Part shown: piece after piece, positions 1 to 13,063 of the stretch | Layout of the letters: each line of letters begins with the position of its first letter | How positions within the stretch are numbered: position 1 is the stretch's first letter | Source: Malacoraja senta | Lineage: Eukaryota | Direction of reading: 5' to 3' | DNA: 64,000 bases | NCBI GenBank assembly: GCA_038087875.1 | Contig: CM075994.1 | Coordinates: 3,722,001 to 3,786,000, forward strand | The notes under the pieces: model-generated | The model's input: only the letters and a program-made list of their open reading frames with translations | Databases searched by the model: none | What the model was told of the DNA's origin: nothing | Made by a program: the position numbers and the translations under genes

Positions 1-19
1 ATTGCACATCTTTCCGCAG

Positions 20-46
20 AGGAGCTTCTACGTTTGAAAAATGAAG
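20..46 (+). CDS. Gene A micro-exon, 27 nt, phase 1/1, (E)ELLRLKNE, coiled-coil-like
   Basis: ctttccgcag|AGGAGC...AATGAAG|gtgaaa; stop-free in phase 1 and in frame with the downstream exons. Confidence 0.65.
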
Positions 47-840
47 GTGAAAAAAAAACAACAAATAATGCAATAGTTTAGTCTAGTTTATTATTGTCAC
101 ATGTTGCTAGGCATAGCGAAAAACTTTTGTTTGCCTGCTATCCAGTCAAATGAAATGACTATACGTGATTACTAACAACCCGTCCACAGTGCACAGATGA
201 AGGAGAAGGGGTACACCATTTAGTGCAATATAAAATCCGATAAGTCGTAACGGAAGGACGGTCAGTTGATTCCCTCAGTCAAAATCAATATGGAACGCTG
301 ACGAAAAAAGAATGGAACCACTATGAATCTGCCTTCTCGAACATTTTCCTGGTACTTTATCGCGCCTTCATAATATACAACATCCTCCGACTGATAAAAT
401 TCAGGATATTTCAGAGATGTCCTAAACTATTGCAAGTTAATGCAACGAAAGCATAAAGATAAGCGAATTATTTGAGAGTCTTGAATGTTGATGGTGAACA
501 ATGACTCAGCATGTAGTGCTGCAGCGTCACGTCTTGGGATCGATTCTAACCTTCGCTACCTATTGTGTTTTCACGTGCTAATCCCCACTTGCTTTGGTTT
601 CGTTATACATCCTAAGGAAGATTTTACTTCGGAGTCACGTGAGTGACTACGTGAAGAATCTGCCAGTCCGCATGCGCGTCATTACGTCTAACGCATGGCG
701 CACGACTGGCTGGCAGGCGCGTCGCTCCTCCAGCGGTAAGTTTCAAAACCAGAAGGTAAGTTTCGAACTTATATTTCAGGTTGTGCTTTTTCTTGCAGGA
801 AGCTCTTTTATAGAGTTCCTGCTGAATGACGTTCGGCTCT

Positions 841-1140
841 GGGAAACCCGGCTGCGAAGACCGCGGGGTATCCCGGCTCCGCGTGGAGAAGCCCTGCTCG
901 GGAAAACCCGGCTGCGGAGACCGTGGGGAAGCCCGGCTCCGCGTGGTGATTCCCTGCTCGGGAAAACCCGGCTGCGGAGAGAGCAGGAAATCCCGGCTCC
1001 GCGTGGGGAACCTTTGCTCAGGGAAACCCAGCTGCGGAGACCGCGGGAAATTCCGGCTCCGCGGGAGGAAATCCGGCTCGGGGATACCAGGCTGCGGAGA
1101 CCGTGGGAAATCCCGGCTCCGTGGGAAGACCCGGCTCGGC
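841..1140. repeat. 60-bp GC-rich minisatellite x5 in the DIRS 5' region
   Basis: Five consecutive 60-nt lines align (ggaaacccggctgcggagaccg...cccggctccgcgtgg). Confidence 0.9.
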
Positions 1141-2209
1141 AGGCCGGATGACTCAGATAAGTTCGGCCGTGAGGGTTCGCTTCCTGCAGTGGGGAACAGC
1201 CTGAGATGATATACTCCAAGAAACGGAGTTACATCAGCGCGGGTCTCGGGGCCCGCAGCAGCGCCTGGTGCAGTGCTGCATTATATCTCCCTCTCTGAGG
1301 AGGGGAGCGTATGGAAGAGGAAAGGAGGGTTCCCCTCCATGGGTACGTCCTCATGTGGAGCATGGATGCGTCCGCACGGCGTTCATCCCACGGAGGAGGG
1401 CTCCATCCTGATATGGTCCGTGGACGGGGCGATATCAGCACAGGTCTTGCCGGGGACCTGCAGCAGCGCCTGTGCAGGGCTGCATTATATCTCCCTCTCT
1501 GAGGAGGGGGGCGTAGGCAGTCAGTGTGTGACTGACTCCAAACTCGGAAGTATGTCCGTGAATCATACTGGAGTGCATGCATGAGGTTCAAGAATTCTGT
1601 CATGGCATCAAGGGTTCCAATATCCACGCAAACAGAGGAGCTGCTGCAAGGAAGAGTTGGCTTCCAGCCTATGGCAGAAAACCAGGAGCCAGAGTTCCCC
1701 TCACATTACAAGCTTGGTAAGCATCAATGACCGCACGTCACATCATTACAGGAACAAAGTGCCGCAGTGAACAGCGCTGTCTGGGGAGACTATGGATGGC
1801 GAGGCCAGCAATGTACAGCCGCCGAATCTTCTCCTTGGAGAAGATCTAGCCAAACAGGTAAAAAACCTGGATGAGGAAGTAAAGCTGTCGGACTAGTCAA
1901 CGTACCTACGACGATCAAAAGCCTCCCCGTTTCGGCGACAACACCCCTACGACCCCATCGGCAGTAAGTGGTTCACTGAAGCTGGTGGCAGCTTGAAAGT
2001 TGATTCTCTGGGCACAGGTCTTTTAGGCCAAGGCCCAAGCCGGCCCTGAGGGAAAATGTGCAATCCACGCACCCCAGCAGTCCTATTCTCCAATTCAAGG
2101 ATGGAATTAGAACATGAGGACGGAAACGAACCTGCATCAGGGGCCTTTAGGCTTACCACAAGACCACCGGTAACCATGGAGGTAGGTGGGTCTGGTTCTT
2201 TCCGAAAAA

Positions 2210-3680
2210 TGGGGTGTGTGGACTAGTTACGAGTTGGTAATAGATTACACTTGTTTTTGCAGGAATGTCGATGGATAACTTCAGATCCGTTTATAACTGA
2301 AAAGATAACATCGGTCAGTTTATGCTGCACAGTATACAAGGATTCCAAATTGAATTTCCTTTAACTCATTGCCATCCATACAATATAAAACAAATTGGAC
2401 ATCTATTCATTCCAAACAAAAAGGTTTGGGTATATAAGCAGATATCCAAACAAGCGAAAGATGGATGGTGTCGGATCACCCTTGATTAACTCACATTCAC
2501 ACGTGCAGTATAGAATTTTGAATTTTTAGAATGGAAAACTTCGTTACTGTCTAACAACTGATTCCATAGGATACTTTATGGCATGCATCGATCTCAAAGA
2601 TGCATACTATTCAATTCCCATTGACATGGTTCACCGGAGATATTTGAAATTTAGCTGGATGGGCAGCGATAGCAGTTAAAGCTTTGCAAAATGGGCTAAC
2701 TTCAGCTCCCAAGTTATTTACCAAATTACCAAGCCAGTGCTGGGGCTGCTCAAAGCTCAAAAGTACATATTTATGGCCTAACTGGATGATATTCTAAAAA
2801 CGCTGAACCTTGCTAAATTAGCAGTTTCAGCCGCAAAACTAACATTTGAGAAATTGCGGTTTCTCATCCACCCAGATAAATTTAAGTTGATACCAACTAG
2901 AGTTATTGATTGCGATTTGCCTTTAACTCTATTAATTGTCTGTGAGTCCGCCCTGGGGCAAGAGATTAGAATTAATGGAAGCTTGTAACAATCTTGTTGC
3001 TTATTCATCATGTGGCCAGTGTAATTGGCAATTTAGTGGCTGTTTTTTCATCTGCGTAATTGGGGCCTTTGCATTATCAGAACTTACATCGTGCAAAGGA
3101 GCAAGCTTTCAAGTACCATGAAGGTCATTGTTAACAGACCCATGCTATTTCCAGCTGAAGCTATAAAGTCACAATGATGGACAAACAGTATTCAGCATTA
3201 CTCCAGTACTCTTGGTCGTTAAACCTTCAGTTATATTTCAAACTGATGCTATTGCTCAAAGAAGGTAAATTACTATCCCATCTCTAGTCACAGAGGCGGA
3301 TGGGATGTGCATGAGTTACCAATCCCTCAGTTCTATGGTATCAACTACCTAAAGTCACTAGGTGCGTTTTATGGGTTAAAGGTTTATTGTGCGAATATGT
3401 ATATCATCACGTAACTCAATGACAACACAGAATGGATGTTGGATCACAAATTATTTAATGACATTGTGGTTCGATGGAACACCAAATATCGATTTGTTTG
3501 CATCTAGTCTCAATCACCAGTTGCAAAAATATCTGGCATGGCGGCCATTCTCAGGGGCAGTGGCGATGGATGCATTCTCGCTACACTGGGGAGGAATGTT
3601 CTTTATGTCTTTCCTCCATTTTGCCTCATCAGTCGGTGCTTGCTTAAAATTCAGCAAGACTCCGCCTCAGGTTTTCTGAC
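2210..3680 (+). pseudogene. DIRS RT / RNase H / methyltransferase-like ORF, frameshifted
   Basis: IDLKDAYYSIPI (~2587), NGLTSAPKLFTK, degenerate LDDIL (~2781), FQTDA (~3236), PNIDLFASSLNHQL...DAFSLHW (3481-3590). Confidence 0.85.
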
Positions 3681-3829
3681 TGGCCCACAGCCATGGGTCT
3701 ACTCATACTGGGAATAATAACAGAGCCTTTATGTCTGTTCCCAAACGCAGAAATATGCTGGTTTACCACGTGACTGGGGAGAACCATCCACTGCATGATG
3801 GTGGATGGTTGTTGGTTTGCAGACTATGA

Positions 3830-4776
3830 GAAGACCTTTCCTGGGGTACGGACTGTCAGGTTGTACGGTAGATGTAATCACTGCGGCCTGAAGACATAGT
3901 ACCAAGAAACAGTACATCTCCTATATCAAGGAATGGGAAGTGTTCTGTTTACAGCCCAATATATCGTATGACACGGTACGTATAAGAGATGTCTTGGAAT
4001 TCCTCTCAAAGCTATATTACACGAGAGATGGAGTTATAGTGCTATAAATTGTGCCAGAAGTGCCTTGTTGTCATACTTCCTGCTGGGGTCGGGACACCAC
4101 GCTGTCGGGTCTCGACCTCTTATATCCAGATTTATGAATGGTATCTTCAACTCAATATCCCCCAGGCCCAGGTACTCGGAGATATGGGATGTTAATGTCC
4201 TGCTGACGCTGCGTCGTCGGTGGGCTCCAGCTACATCCCTGTCCTCGGTCAAAATCACTTACAAAGTGGTCATCCTCATGGCACTGGGTTCAGTGCATAG
4301 CTACGACTGGACAGGATGGTTACATCTGCAAATAATATCATACTTTAGGTTCATGACTTAGTCTTGCAGAGTAGACCGGGGGCGTCAGGTGTCCAACTAG
4401 TTTCACGGCATACCCCATGGACCTTTGGTTGTGTGTGTGGTCACACATCTACAACAGTCATTATGTCACCTAGAGCTTTAGAGGCTCTGAACTAGCAATG
4501 TTTGTTAGTTACAATAAACCTCATACGTAGGTATCAGTATAGACCACCCGCAGGTGACAAAAACGGGTTTTGGCTTGTGCAGGAGTGAACACTGATGTTT
4601 TCAAATCTCACTCCACCAGTGCTGCAACAACATCAGCAGCGATGGTTATGGATGTTTCGCTGGACCATATCCTCGCAGCTGAAGGATGGTCAAACAAGCG
4701 AATTCCCAAATGTGTTATAACAACCCATTGCCAGACCGGGGGTATTTGCCACTCTATTTTTAGGTTCTGTTTATAA
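3830..4776 (+). pseudogene. DIRS tyrosine recombinase, frameshifted
   Basis: YSAINCARSAL, PLISRFMNGIFN..PRPRYSEIWDV, FKSHSTSAATTSAA..HILAAEGWS. Confidence 0.88.
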
Positions 4777-5432
4777 TTCCTCCCGGATGAGAGGGATTCC
4801 TATGATTATCATTTCGTCATTAAAAAGCATCAGCATGTTTACATTTATGTCATGCTTTATTTAATTTCACTCATCCCTGGTCAATTGATGCAGTGTGTGA
4901 CGCATGGATTCGTGTCCACGGCATGAAATCACAGAGCTTTGAAATCTTCACGAAGTCACTCACGACTCCGAAGTAAAATAGTAAGATTAAACGAGAACTT
5001 ACCAGTTTGAAGTTTGGTCTTTATTTTATGAGGAGTTACGATGAGGGATTACGTGCCCTCCGCTCCCAACCCTCTCTCATAAAGGTCAGCTGGTAATTCT
5101 AGTTTCTCGAATCTTACTATATTCAGTTCAACAACTGTTATCTGTGATTTCACACCGCTGCTTTGAAGATTAACGCGCATGCGGGCTGGCGGGTTATTCA
5201 CGTAATCCCTCATCGTAACTCGTACCGAGGTACAGTGAAATTTGATTTATCATACAGTCATACCAAATAAGCAATGATTCAAAATTACATAAAGATCAAA
5301 CATAAAATAAAGATCAAACTTCAAACTGGTAAGTTCTCGTTTAATCTTACTATTAGTTTACTTGGCTAATCTATATCATGCTTGGTGTGGACGGGTACTC
5401 GGGATCTATATGATGACTACGAGAGAAAATAG

Positions 5433-5751
5433 GTAGTTTGGTGTAGTTTAGATATACAACGCGGAAACAGGCTTATCGGCCCAACGAGTCAGCACCCGAC
5501 CAGCGATTCCCGCACATTAACACTATCCTATTACTAGGGACAATATACACATAACGAGGCTAATTAACCTGCATACCTGTACGTCTTTGGAGTGTGGCAG
5601 GAAACCGAAGATCTCGGAGAAGACCAACAGGGTCACGGGGAGAACATACAAACTCCGTACAGACAGCACCCTTAGTCGGGATCGAACCAGAGTCTCCGGC
5701 ATGGCAAACGCTGTAAGGCATCAATTCTACTGCTGCGCTACCTTGCCACCC
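5433..5751 (-). mobile_element. tRNA-derived V/HE1-type SINE
   Basis: Reverse-complement match to the SINE at 11163-11480 (core tgtacggagtttgtatgttctccccgtgac, ctaaac-type tail). Confidence 0.85.
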
Positions 5752-6099
5752 ATAAATAAATAAATAAGTAAATGTGGAATTAGAACTGAGAGCCACGTTG
5801 GGATGAATGGTCTCCTTGTGTGACCTTAGAAAAATATTGAGAGTAGTTTCCGCTTAGTTGTTTACACCGACCATGTGCAATTTTCACGACGAAAGCATGA
5901 AAGAGATCCTTCATTTTGTTCGTGCTAAAAAGTGTAGAGAAGATTACTTCATGATATATGAAAGGCGTGACCTCTATCCATAATGAAAATGACATTACGC
6001 CAAGTACCTGATACCTTTATTACATTTGGATTGTGATTATTTTTGTTATTTTCTTTAGAATTCTATGTTCCTTATTTTATCGTGTTTCTTTCCATTCAG

Positions 6100-6126
6100 A
6101 AATGAAAGTAATCGTCAACAAAACTG
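6100..6126 (+). CDS. Gene A micro-exon, 27 nt, phase 1/1, (E)MKVIVNKT
   Basis: gtttctttccattcag|AAATGA...AAACTG|gtaacc. Confidence 0.65.
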
Positions 6127-6427
6127 GTAACCGTCAAGCCTTTAGCATTCGCTTCAAAAAAACACTTAAATACTAGGTCGGTCCAGAATGTGGATTTTAA
6201 GTTAATAAAATACGTAGAACCACAAGGACGTGAAAATGTCGACGAAAATTGGATTGACTAGCTGGATAACACATGTAGTGCGAATGGTTTGTGAATACAA
6301 TTATCAATCTGCTCCAGAAAGGGTGTTTTAGTTTACGCAGTCTTCTCGCAATCTCAGCTAATATTTCGATTTCAGTCTAATTTTCTCAGCTAACCTAGGA
6401 CATTGACAGGATTATATGATACTTGGA

Positions 6428-7240
6428 TGGTTCAATGGTTCAATGGCCCTTTATTGTCACGTGTACCGAGGTACAGTGAAATTTGATTTATCATATAGTC
6501 ATACCAAAAAAGCAATAAGATTCAAAACTACATAAAGATCAAACATAAACAGCCACCGCAGTGGCGTATGGGAATCCCTAGGGCACATAGCATAAGCGGA
6601 GACACACAGCCATCAGTTCAATGTCCGGGCTACACACCCGCTCCTTCACCGTGATGTGACCAGAGTTGTGCCGACCGCTGTCACTCTCTCTGCAGTCCTT
6701 GTCTGCCCGAACAGTCAGAAAGCCGTCACACACGCACCAAGCTCCGGGATGTCCTCATGGAGCGATTTCCCCGCAAACACTGAGATCACTGCACTCACGG
6801 CATTCTATCCGAGTCCTCACCAGTGCAGGCACCAGTGCAGTCAGCACGTCCATCTTGTTTTTCGGTGATCTCACATTCCCACTGTGATGGAAGGCGAATC
6901 ATTTTTATCCTCTTCCTCTTTTTCTCCCGCGGACGGGTGATCGAAACATTCGCAGTCGGGGCGTTCAAGCTCCCGCAGGCGGCGATCAAAGTCGCCGCAT
7001 CGGGGCGATCGAAGCTCCTGCGGTTGGAGCTCCCGAAGTCCATCCCAAGGGGCCACCAGCTGCACGATGTTAGGCCGCAGAGCGACCGGTGATACGATAT
7101 GGCAAAATTCGCGGGAAGAGATTAAAAAAATACAAAATTAAATATACCATTAAAACATACAAATTAAACAGACTAAAAAGAACAACAAAGAAAGGGTCCG
7201 AACAGTCTTCAGGCGAGCTTGCCACTTACGGCGCAACCCA
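6428..7240 (-). mobile_element. Non-autonomous LINE-related retroposon with GC-rich core and short-repeat tail
   Basis: (gttcaatg)n tail followed by ctttattgtcac; related copies near 33345, 34350, 40805 and 49360. Confidence 0.6.
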
Positions 7241-7629
7241 TTGCAGATGAAGCAACATATCTACATATTCTATGTGCATTTATTCCTTTCATTGAGTGGT
7301 AGCTTCAGCATAGCTGGTTGGTGCGTCTTCTTCAATTTCTGGCGATGTTTGTATTCCGCAAAGGAACTGCTGATTTCCCAGCAATAATTGCAAATACCAA
7401 TACTGTCGATGTTTACACAAAATCGAGATGTGCCGAGTCATGATGCAAATATAACCTATGTCCTCCTGCAAATTTCATATCTGCCATACACGCTCAGTTG
7501 ATCGTGGGCTGTGAACAGGGTGATTCTGCTCCTGCGTTTCGTGTGTTTATGCAGTCTTTTACTCCTGACGATTCCGCAATATTGTTGCAAAATAAATTGC
7601 TAACCTAATTCCAGCTAAACTGTGGGAGA

Positions 7630-8190
7630 TAACCAATTTATCCGCGATTTATTTGTCTCAATGTCTACTTCTGCTCTGTCATTTCCAGTGGTCCAGTATC
7701 CGCACATTCTTTTGCTCTTTATATATCTGTAGAAACGTTTGCTATCCGTTTTTATACTGTTGGCTAACATATCTTCATGTTTCATCTTTTTATCCCTCAT
7801 TTCTCATTCCTCTTTCTGGTGTTTTTTATAACCTACCCAATCTTCTAGGTTCATACTAACCTTTGATATATTATACGCCTTATCTTTTGCGTGTATGCTA
7901 TCTTTCACTTCATTTGTCTGCCACGTCGGACTTTCCCCCCCTTGGTATGTTTCTTCCTCTTTGGGATCGAATAAACGGCGACTTCCAAATTACAGCCCGA
8001 CACTCTTGCTATTTGTGTAGCACCGTCATTCCGGCTAGAGACCCTTTCCAATCAACTGTAGCCAGCTCCTCCCTCATGCCTATTTAGTTACCTTTACTCA
8101 ACAGTAATACAGAAACGTCTGATATCAGCTCCTCCCCCTCAAACTGCAGAATGAATGTTATCATATTGTGATCACTGCCTCCTTCACTTT
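7630..8190 (-). mobile_element. CR1-type LINE ORF2 internal fragment
   Basis: LANSIKTDSKRFYRYIKSKR in ORF 7615-7800. Confidence 0.75.
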
Positions 8191-8875
8191 ATACCCCTCA
8201 TTATTCATGACAGCGGCTTGAACACAATAACACTTACTTATAGAAAGAATTGTCAATACTTTTCACTCCTTCACTGCTCCTGCTATCATGTCTCATCGCA
8301 TTGCATAGATAACAGGAATCGTTCGCCCATAATATATATATATATATATTTTAATTTTTTTTAAAATCTTTTTATTAGAAGTTAATACAATACAAAACAA
8401 TACAGTGGCACCTAATTTTAGGCGCCTACTATGTCATAACGTAATGCATTCTATGTACAACCTCTAGTTTTATGTTTTTGAAAAGGAGGTAAAAATTTTA
8501 AAAAAAGAAAGAAAAAATAGAGAAAGAAAGAGGAAAAATAAATAGTAGAAAATAGAAAAACGTGAAGTGTGTATATAAGAAAAGAAAAAATAGAAAGTAG
8601 AAATAGTAGAAAAATAGTAGAAAAAGACCCTTAAAAAAGAAATTTTCAAATCTTTGTTTGGAGATGTAAATCTATCCACGACCTGACCTGAAATCATAAA
8701 TCAGTAATTCGCCCATAATATAATGGTAATACTGGCATGAAATTAGATGATAACAACTGATTCACATCTGAGATTACATACCACTTAAATCGAGGAGTTA
8801 TATGTTAATCGCCGACTTGAATCACTTTGCAAAAACTTCGTATTCCACGTAATTGCATTAGGTTTTTATCTGCAA

Positions 8876-9440
8876 GTCAAGTCAAGTCAACTTTATTTGT
8901 CACATGCACATACAAGATGTGCAGTGAAAATTAAAGTGGCAATGCCTGCGGATTGTGCAAAAACTGCAGACAGAATAGAACAGAAGCAGTATTTATATGT
9001 AAAAAAAAACAACAATTTTTAAAAGACACAACAGTAAATTAGTACAGTAAATTAGTTCCTGGTGAGATAAGAGTCATCCTCTCTGTTTTCCCAGCATGAC
9101 AGCGGAGACGTTTGCCTGACCGTAGCAGCTCGAACAGTCCGTTGCTGAGGTGGTATGGGTCCCCCATAATGTTGCTGGCTCTGGATCTGCACCTTCTGAT
9201 GTATAGGTCCTGCAGGGGGCGAGTGTAGTTCCCACAGTGCGTTCGGCCGAACGCACTAATCTCTGCAGAGCCTTCATGTACTGGGCAGAACAGTTCCCAA
9301 ACCAGATTGTGATGTTGCCGGACAAGATGCTTTCTACGGCCCCAGAGTAGAAGCACTGAAGGATCCTCAGAGAGACTCTGAATTTCCTCAGCTGCCTGAG
9401 GTGGTAAAGGCGCTGCCTAGCCTTACTCACCAGTCTGCTA
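8876..9440 (-). mobile_element. Rex1/Babar-like LINE 3' fragment
   Basis: KARQRLYHLRQLRKF...FYSGAVESILSGNITIWFGN; (aagtc)n tail. Confidence 0.85.
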
Positions 9441-9818
9441 GCTAATCTCGCAGTAGAACGTGGAAACGTCTACTTTCTGCAATATGGAACCACTTTACAA
9501 GATGAATAGAAATCACAGCAGACCATCGCATCTGACACATGAATATAATTGCGTCTATCATATGTCTTTCCTTGGGAAACAAAAAGTGATTTTTAAACTT
9601 GTTGTCGAAAAGTTCATATTTGCGCAAGTAAATGTCTTTGACCGAAGTCTGGGTAAATGTGACTGTTATCCACATTGGGGGTCGAATTTATGTGTGTATT
9701 TTCCGAAGAGAGATAGCTCACGTCCTTTGCACGTCAGATGATAGGAATGGATTAGTTAATAGTTATGTTCAGACATTTAAACCTGCAACTGTACAATCTT
9801 CGCATTTTTTTTAAATAG

Positions 9819-9848
9819 AAAGCCTGGCAACAGTTAGAAGAAACAAAA
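9819..9848 (+). CDS. Gene A penultimate micro-exon, 30 nt, phase 1/1, (E)SLATVRRNK
   Basis: cattttttttaaatag|AAAGCC...ACAAAA|gtaagt; joins to give LATVRRNK-I-ALKLDP, resembling the usual pre-PRY segment. Confidence 0.75.
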
Positions 9849-11162
9849 GTAAGTGATTTATAATAATTTTGATAGTCATGTTATAGGTGTCCTGTAGCCC
9901 TACGCGACGTAACGAGCAAATATTCAGAGCAGAGATATGTTTTGTGATAGAATGATTAGAATTGGTATTTGAGGATATCCAGTCAAATTATATGGAATAG
10001 AAGATCGTACTGTTCGCTGTCCATCTAACGAGTTCCAAACTGTAGCAAGCGTAGGAATGATTTCGAAGTTCATTTAACCTTTCGTCCCGCTGGCATCAAA
10101 GTAAATTGTTTCTTTGTACGATATCTTAATGGATATTATATTTTTATATATTATACATTCCTATTGATAAATTATGTGTGCGTTGTTCAAATGTCCCTAA
10201 ATTGATTTTATTGTCAGAAGCTTTTAGAAAGCACAAGCTCTTTAATGGTTTTAACTGAAGTTTGTGGGCGCACATTGCTGTTCAGTCGTCGCATCATAGA
10301 ACCATCGGAACTGAGAAGCTGTGAGATCAGTGGGAACCACATGGGGCCTACGCAGAACGTCCCAGCCTTATCAATAGTGTTCTACGTTTACTTGTAGACA
10401 ATCTCACTTCAATTTTATCTATATCTCTTCTTTGTTGATTTTCATTCCAATTTAGTAATCTTCGTTTTGTCACAATTATCCTTTATCACCCTAATGCATG
10501 TTCTGCTATGACCATCCCATAGCGGGCTTATGCCCATCGTCTGACTTCGCTTACCTGCACCAATTGATTGTCCAGTATTGATCCAACAGCGAAACTGCCC
10601 TGAAGGTCTTTAATATGTTGAGTCCAATGTGCCCCAAAGGGACTGTCCTTTACCGACCTAATTGTTTAATCAATACTGGGGTTGTTGATAACCTCTACGA
10701 TTATTATGAGATAGTGTTGGTATGTGATGGTGGGCGGAAGGGGACATAGGGAGCAGGATAGGGTTATGATCTGCAGGTAGGTTGGGGAATGTAGTGATCT
10801 GGAGTGAAATGAGGCGTTTGGCACAGACGCGAGTCTTAAAATTGCATGAAGGATTAATTGACCGAGAATGGTTGCCTGCGCTAGATTCCGGCACACGGCA
10901 CCTTGTCGGATTCCTTCCACTGTCTTTCCTCTGGAGAAATCCTCACATGGATGGTCGAAGCCTGCTTTCGCGCTTGTACCCCTGACCCGCTGTCGGCTAA
11001 ATATATCGAATCCAAAAACGAGGAGGTGAGTTCAAGATGTAGGTTGTACACATAGGTTGTCCGGTATCGCCCGTGCCTTCGATCCACAGAGAACACGGGA
11101 GAAATTCGAAGACATTCGAACGATTGCACAGGTGGCGCAGCGGTGGCAGGTGGAATGCGGTG

Positions 11163-11480
11163 GCGGTCACGGTGGCGCAGCCGTAGAGTTGCTGCCTTGC
11201 AGCGCCGGAGACAAGTGCTTGATCCCGACTATGGGTGCTGTTTGTACGGAGTTTGTACGTTCTCCCCGTGACATGCGTGGGTTTTCTCCGAGATCTTCGT
11301 TTTTCCACCCACACTCCAAAGACGTACAGGTTTGTAGATTAATTGGCTTGGTAAACGTAACATTTGTCCTTATGGGTGTAGGATATTGCTAATGTGGGAG
11401 ATCACCGGTCGGCACGGATCCGATGGGCCAAAGGGCCTGTTTCCGCGCTGTGTCTCTAAACTAAACTAAACGAAACTAAA
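11163..11480 (+). mobile_element. tRNA-derived V/HE1-type SINE, full length
   Basis: ggtggcgcag A-box-like head, V-like core, CR1-like 3' end, (ctaaa)n tail. Confidence 0.88.
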
Positions 11481-11603
11481 TATTGTGGAACATATTTGCA
11501 TGGGTTATTTATTGAATAATGTAGCACATAACAGGTAAATGGTCTGATTTATAGGCACGCCAGTCATGCATTTAATTACATCATATTTTTTTTATTTCTC
11601 TAG

Positions 11604-12124
11604 TTGCTCTCAAATTGGATCCAGCGACAGCAGATCCACGATATTTGATTTCAAACGATTACCTCAATGCTCGGTGGGTTGAGAATCCATGGGATGTCAC
11701 TTCAAGTCAAACGAAATATGCCGGAACGTACCTTATTTGGGGAACAGATGGGTTCATGTCAGGAAAACAGTATTGGGAGATACAGGTGGATGAGGGGACA
11801 GTCTGGTCTGTCGGGGTATCGCCGCGGAAAATGACAACCAGAAAATGGGTTCGAGCTTCAAAAGAAGAACAGTATTGGACTGTGTTGCTCTGGAACATAG
11901 GGAACAATGAGGTGGAAGCAAGGACAATGGGTCACTTCGTCACCATCGTTCAACTTCGCAAGATTGGAATTTACTTAAGCTACGAAGAAAGAAAAGTGAC
12001 ATTTTATGATATCGCGACAGAAAAACCTGTTCACCAATTCGCCGGTCAATTCGAAGGTGTATTTTATCCTGTGTTTAGGTTTTTCTTTGGAACAACCCAA
12101 AATAAATCGTTGACAATTATTTAG
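11604..12124 (+). CDS. Gene A terminal exon: B30.2 (PRY-SPRY) domain, TRIM/butyrophilin-like
   Basis: tttatttctctag| phase-1 acceptor; LDPATA, GFMSGKQYWEIQV, WSVGV, KIGIYLSYEERKVTFYD, FYPVF; open to TAG at 12122-12124. Confidence 0.93.
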
Positions 12125-12324
12125 TACATTTAAAATGTCGCCGGATGGAAGCACACACCGAAGGAAGTGACAAACATTCATTCTTAATTCTCGTTGAATT
12201 GACCAAAGACCGTGACATACAGAGCTGCGAATGAAGAGCTAAAATGGATATTGTTTACGATAGTGCGCCTATTTGTTCGTTTATGCCTATCTGTCATACC
12301 GGTCGTAATTTCATTTACCCTCTA

Positions 12325-13063
<739 letters not shown>

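Larger units (their letters stand above)
621..5351 (+). mobile_element. DIRS1-type tyrosine-recombinase retrotransposon, full length but decayed
   Basis: Inverted terminal repeats (~645-680 vs ~5172-5207); internal complementary region 4945-5055 is the reverse complement of the joined right+left ends; ATT at both borders; RT, RNase H, methyltransferase-like and YR remnants in DIRS order. Confidence 0.93.

Noticed and set aside
594..1219. Overlapping 127-185 aa ORFs
   Set aside because: They arise from the stop-poor 60-bp GC minisatellite in the DIRS element; the repeat has no spacers, so it is not CRISPR-like
9823..9852. Alternative reading AWQQLEETKV of the penultimate gene A exon
   Set aside because: Needs weaker splice sites at both ends; the canonical 9819-9848 exon is already in frame with B30.2
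10218..10247. Possible 30-nt exon (E)AFRKHKLFN
   Set aside because: Donor gtttta is very weak
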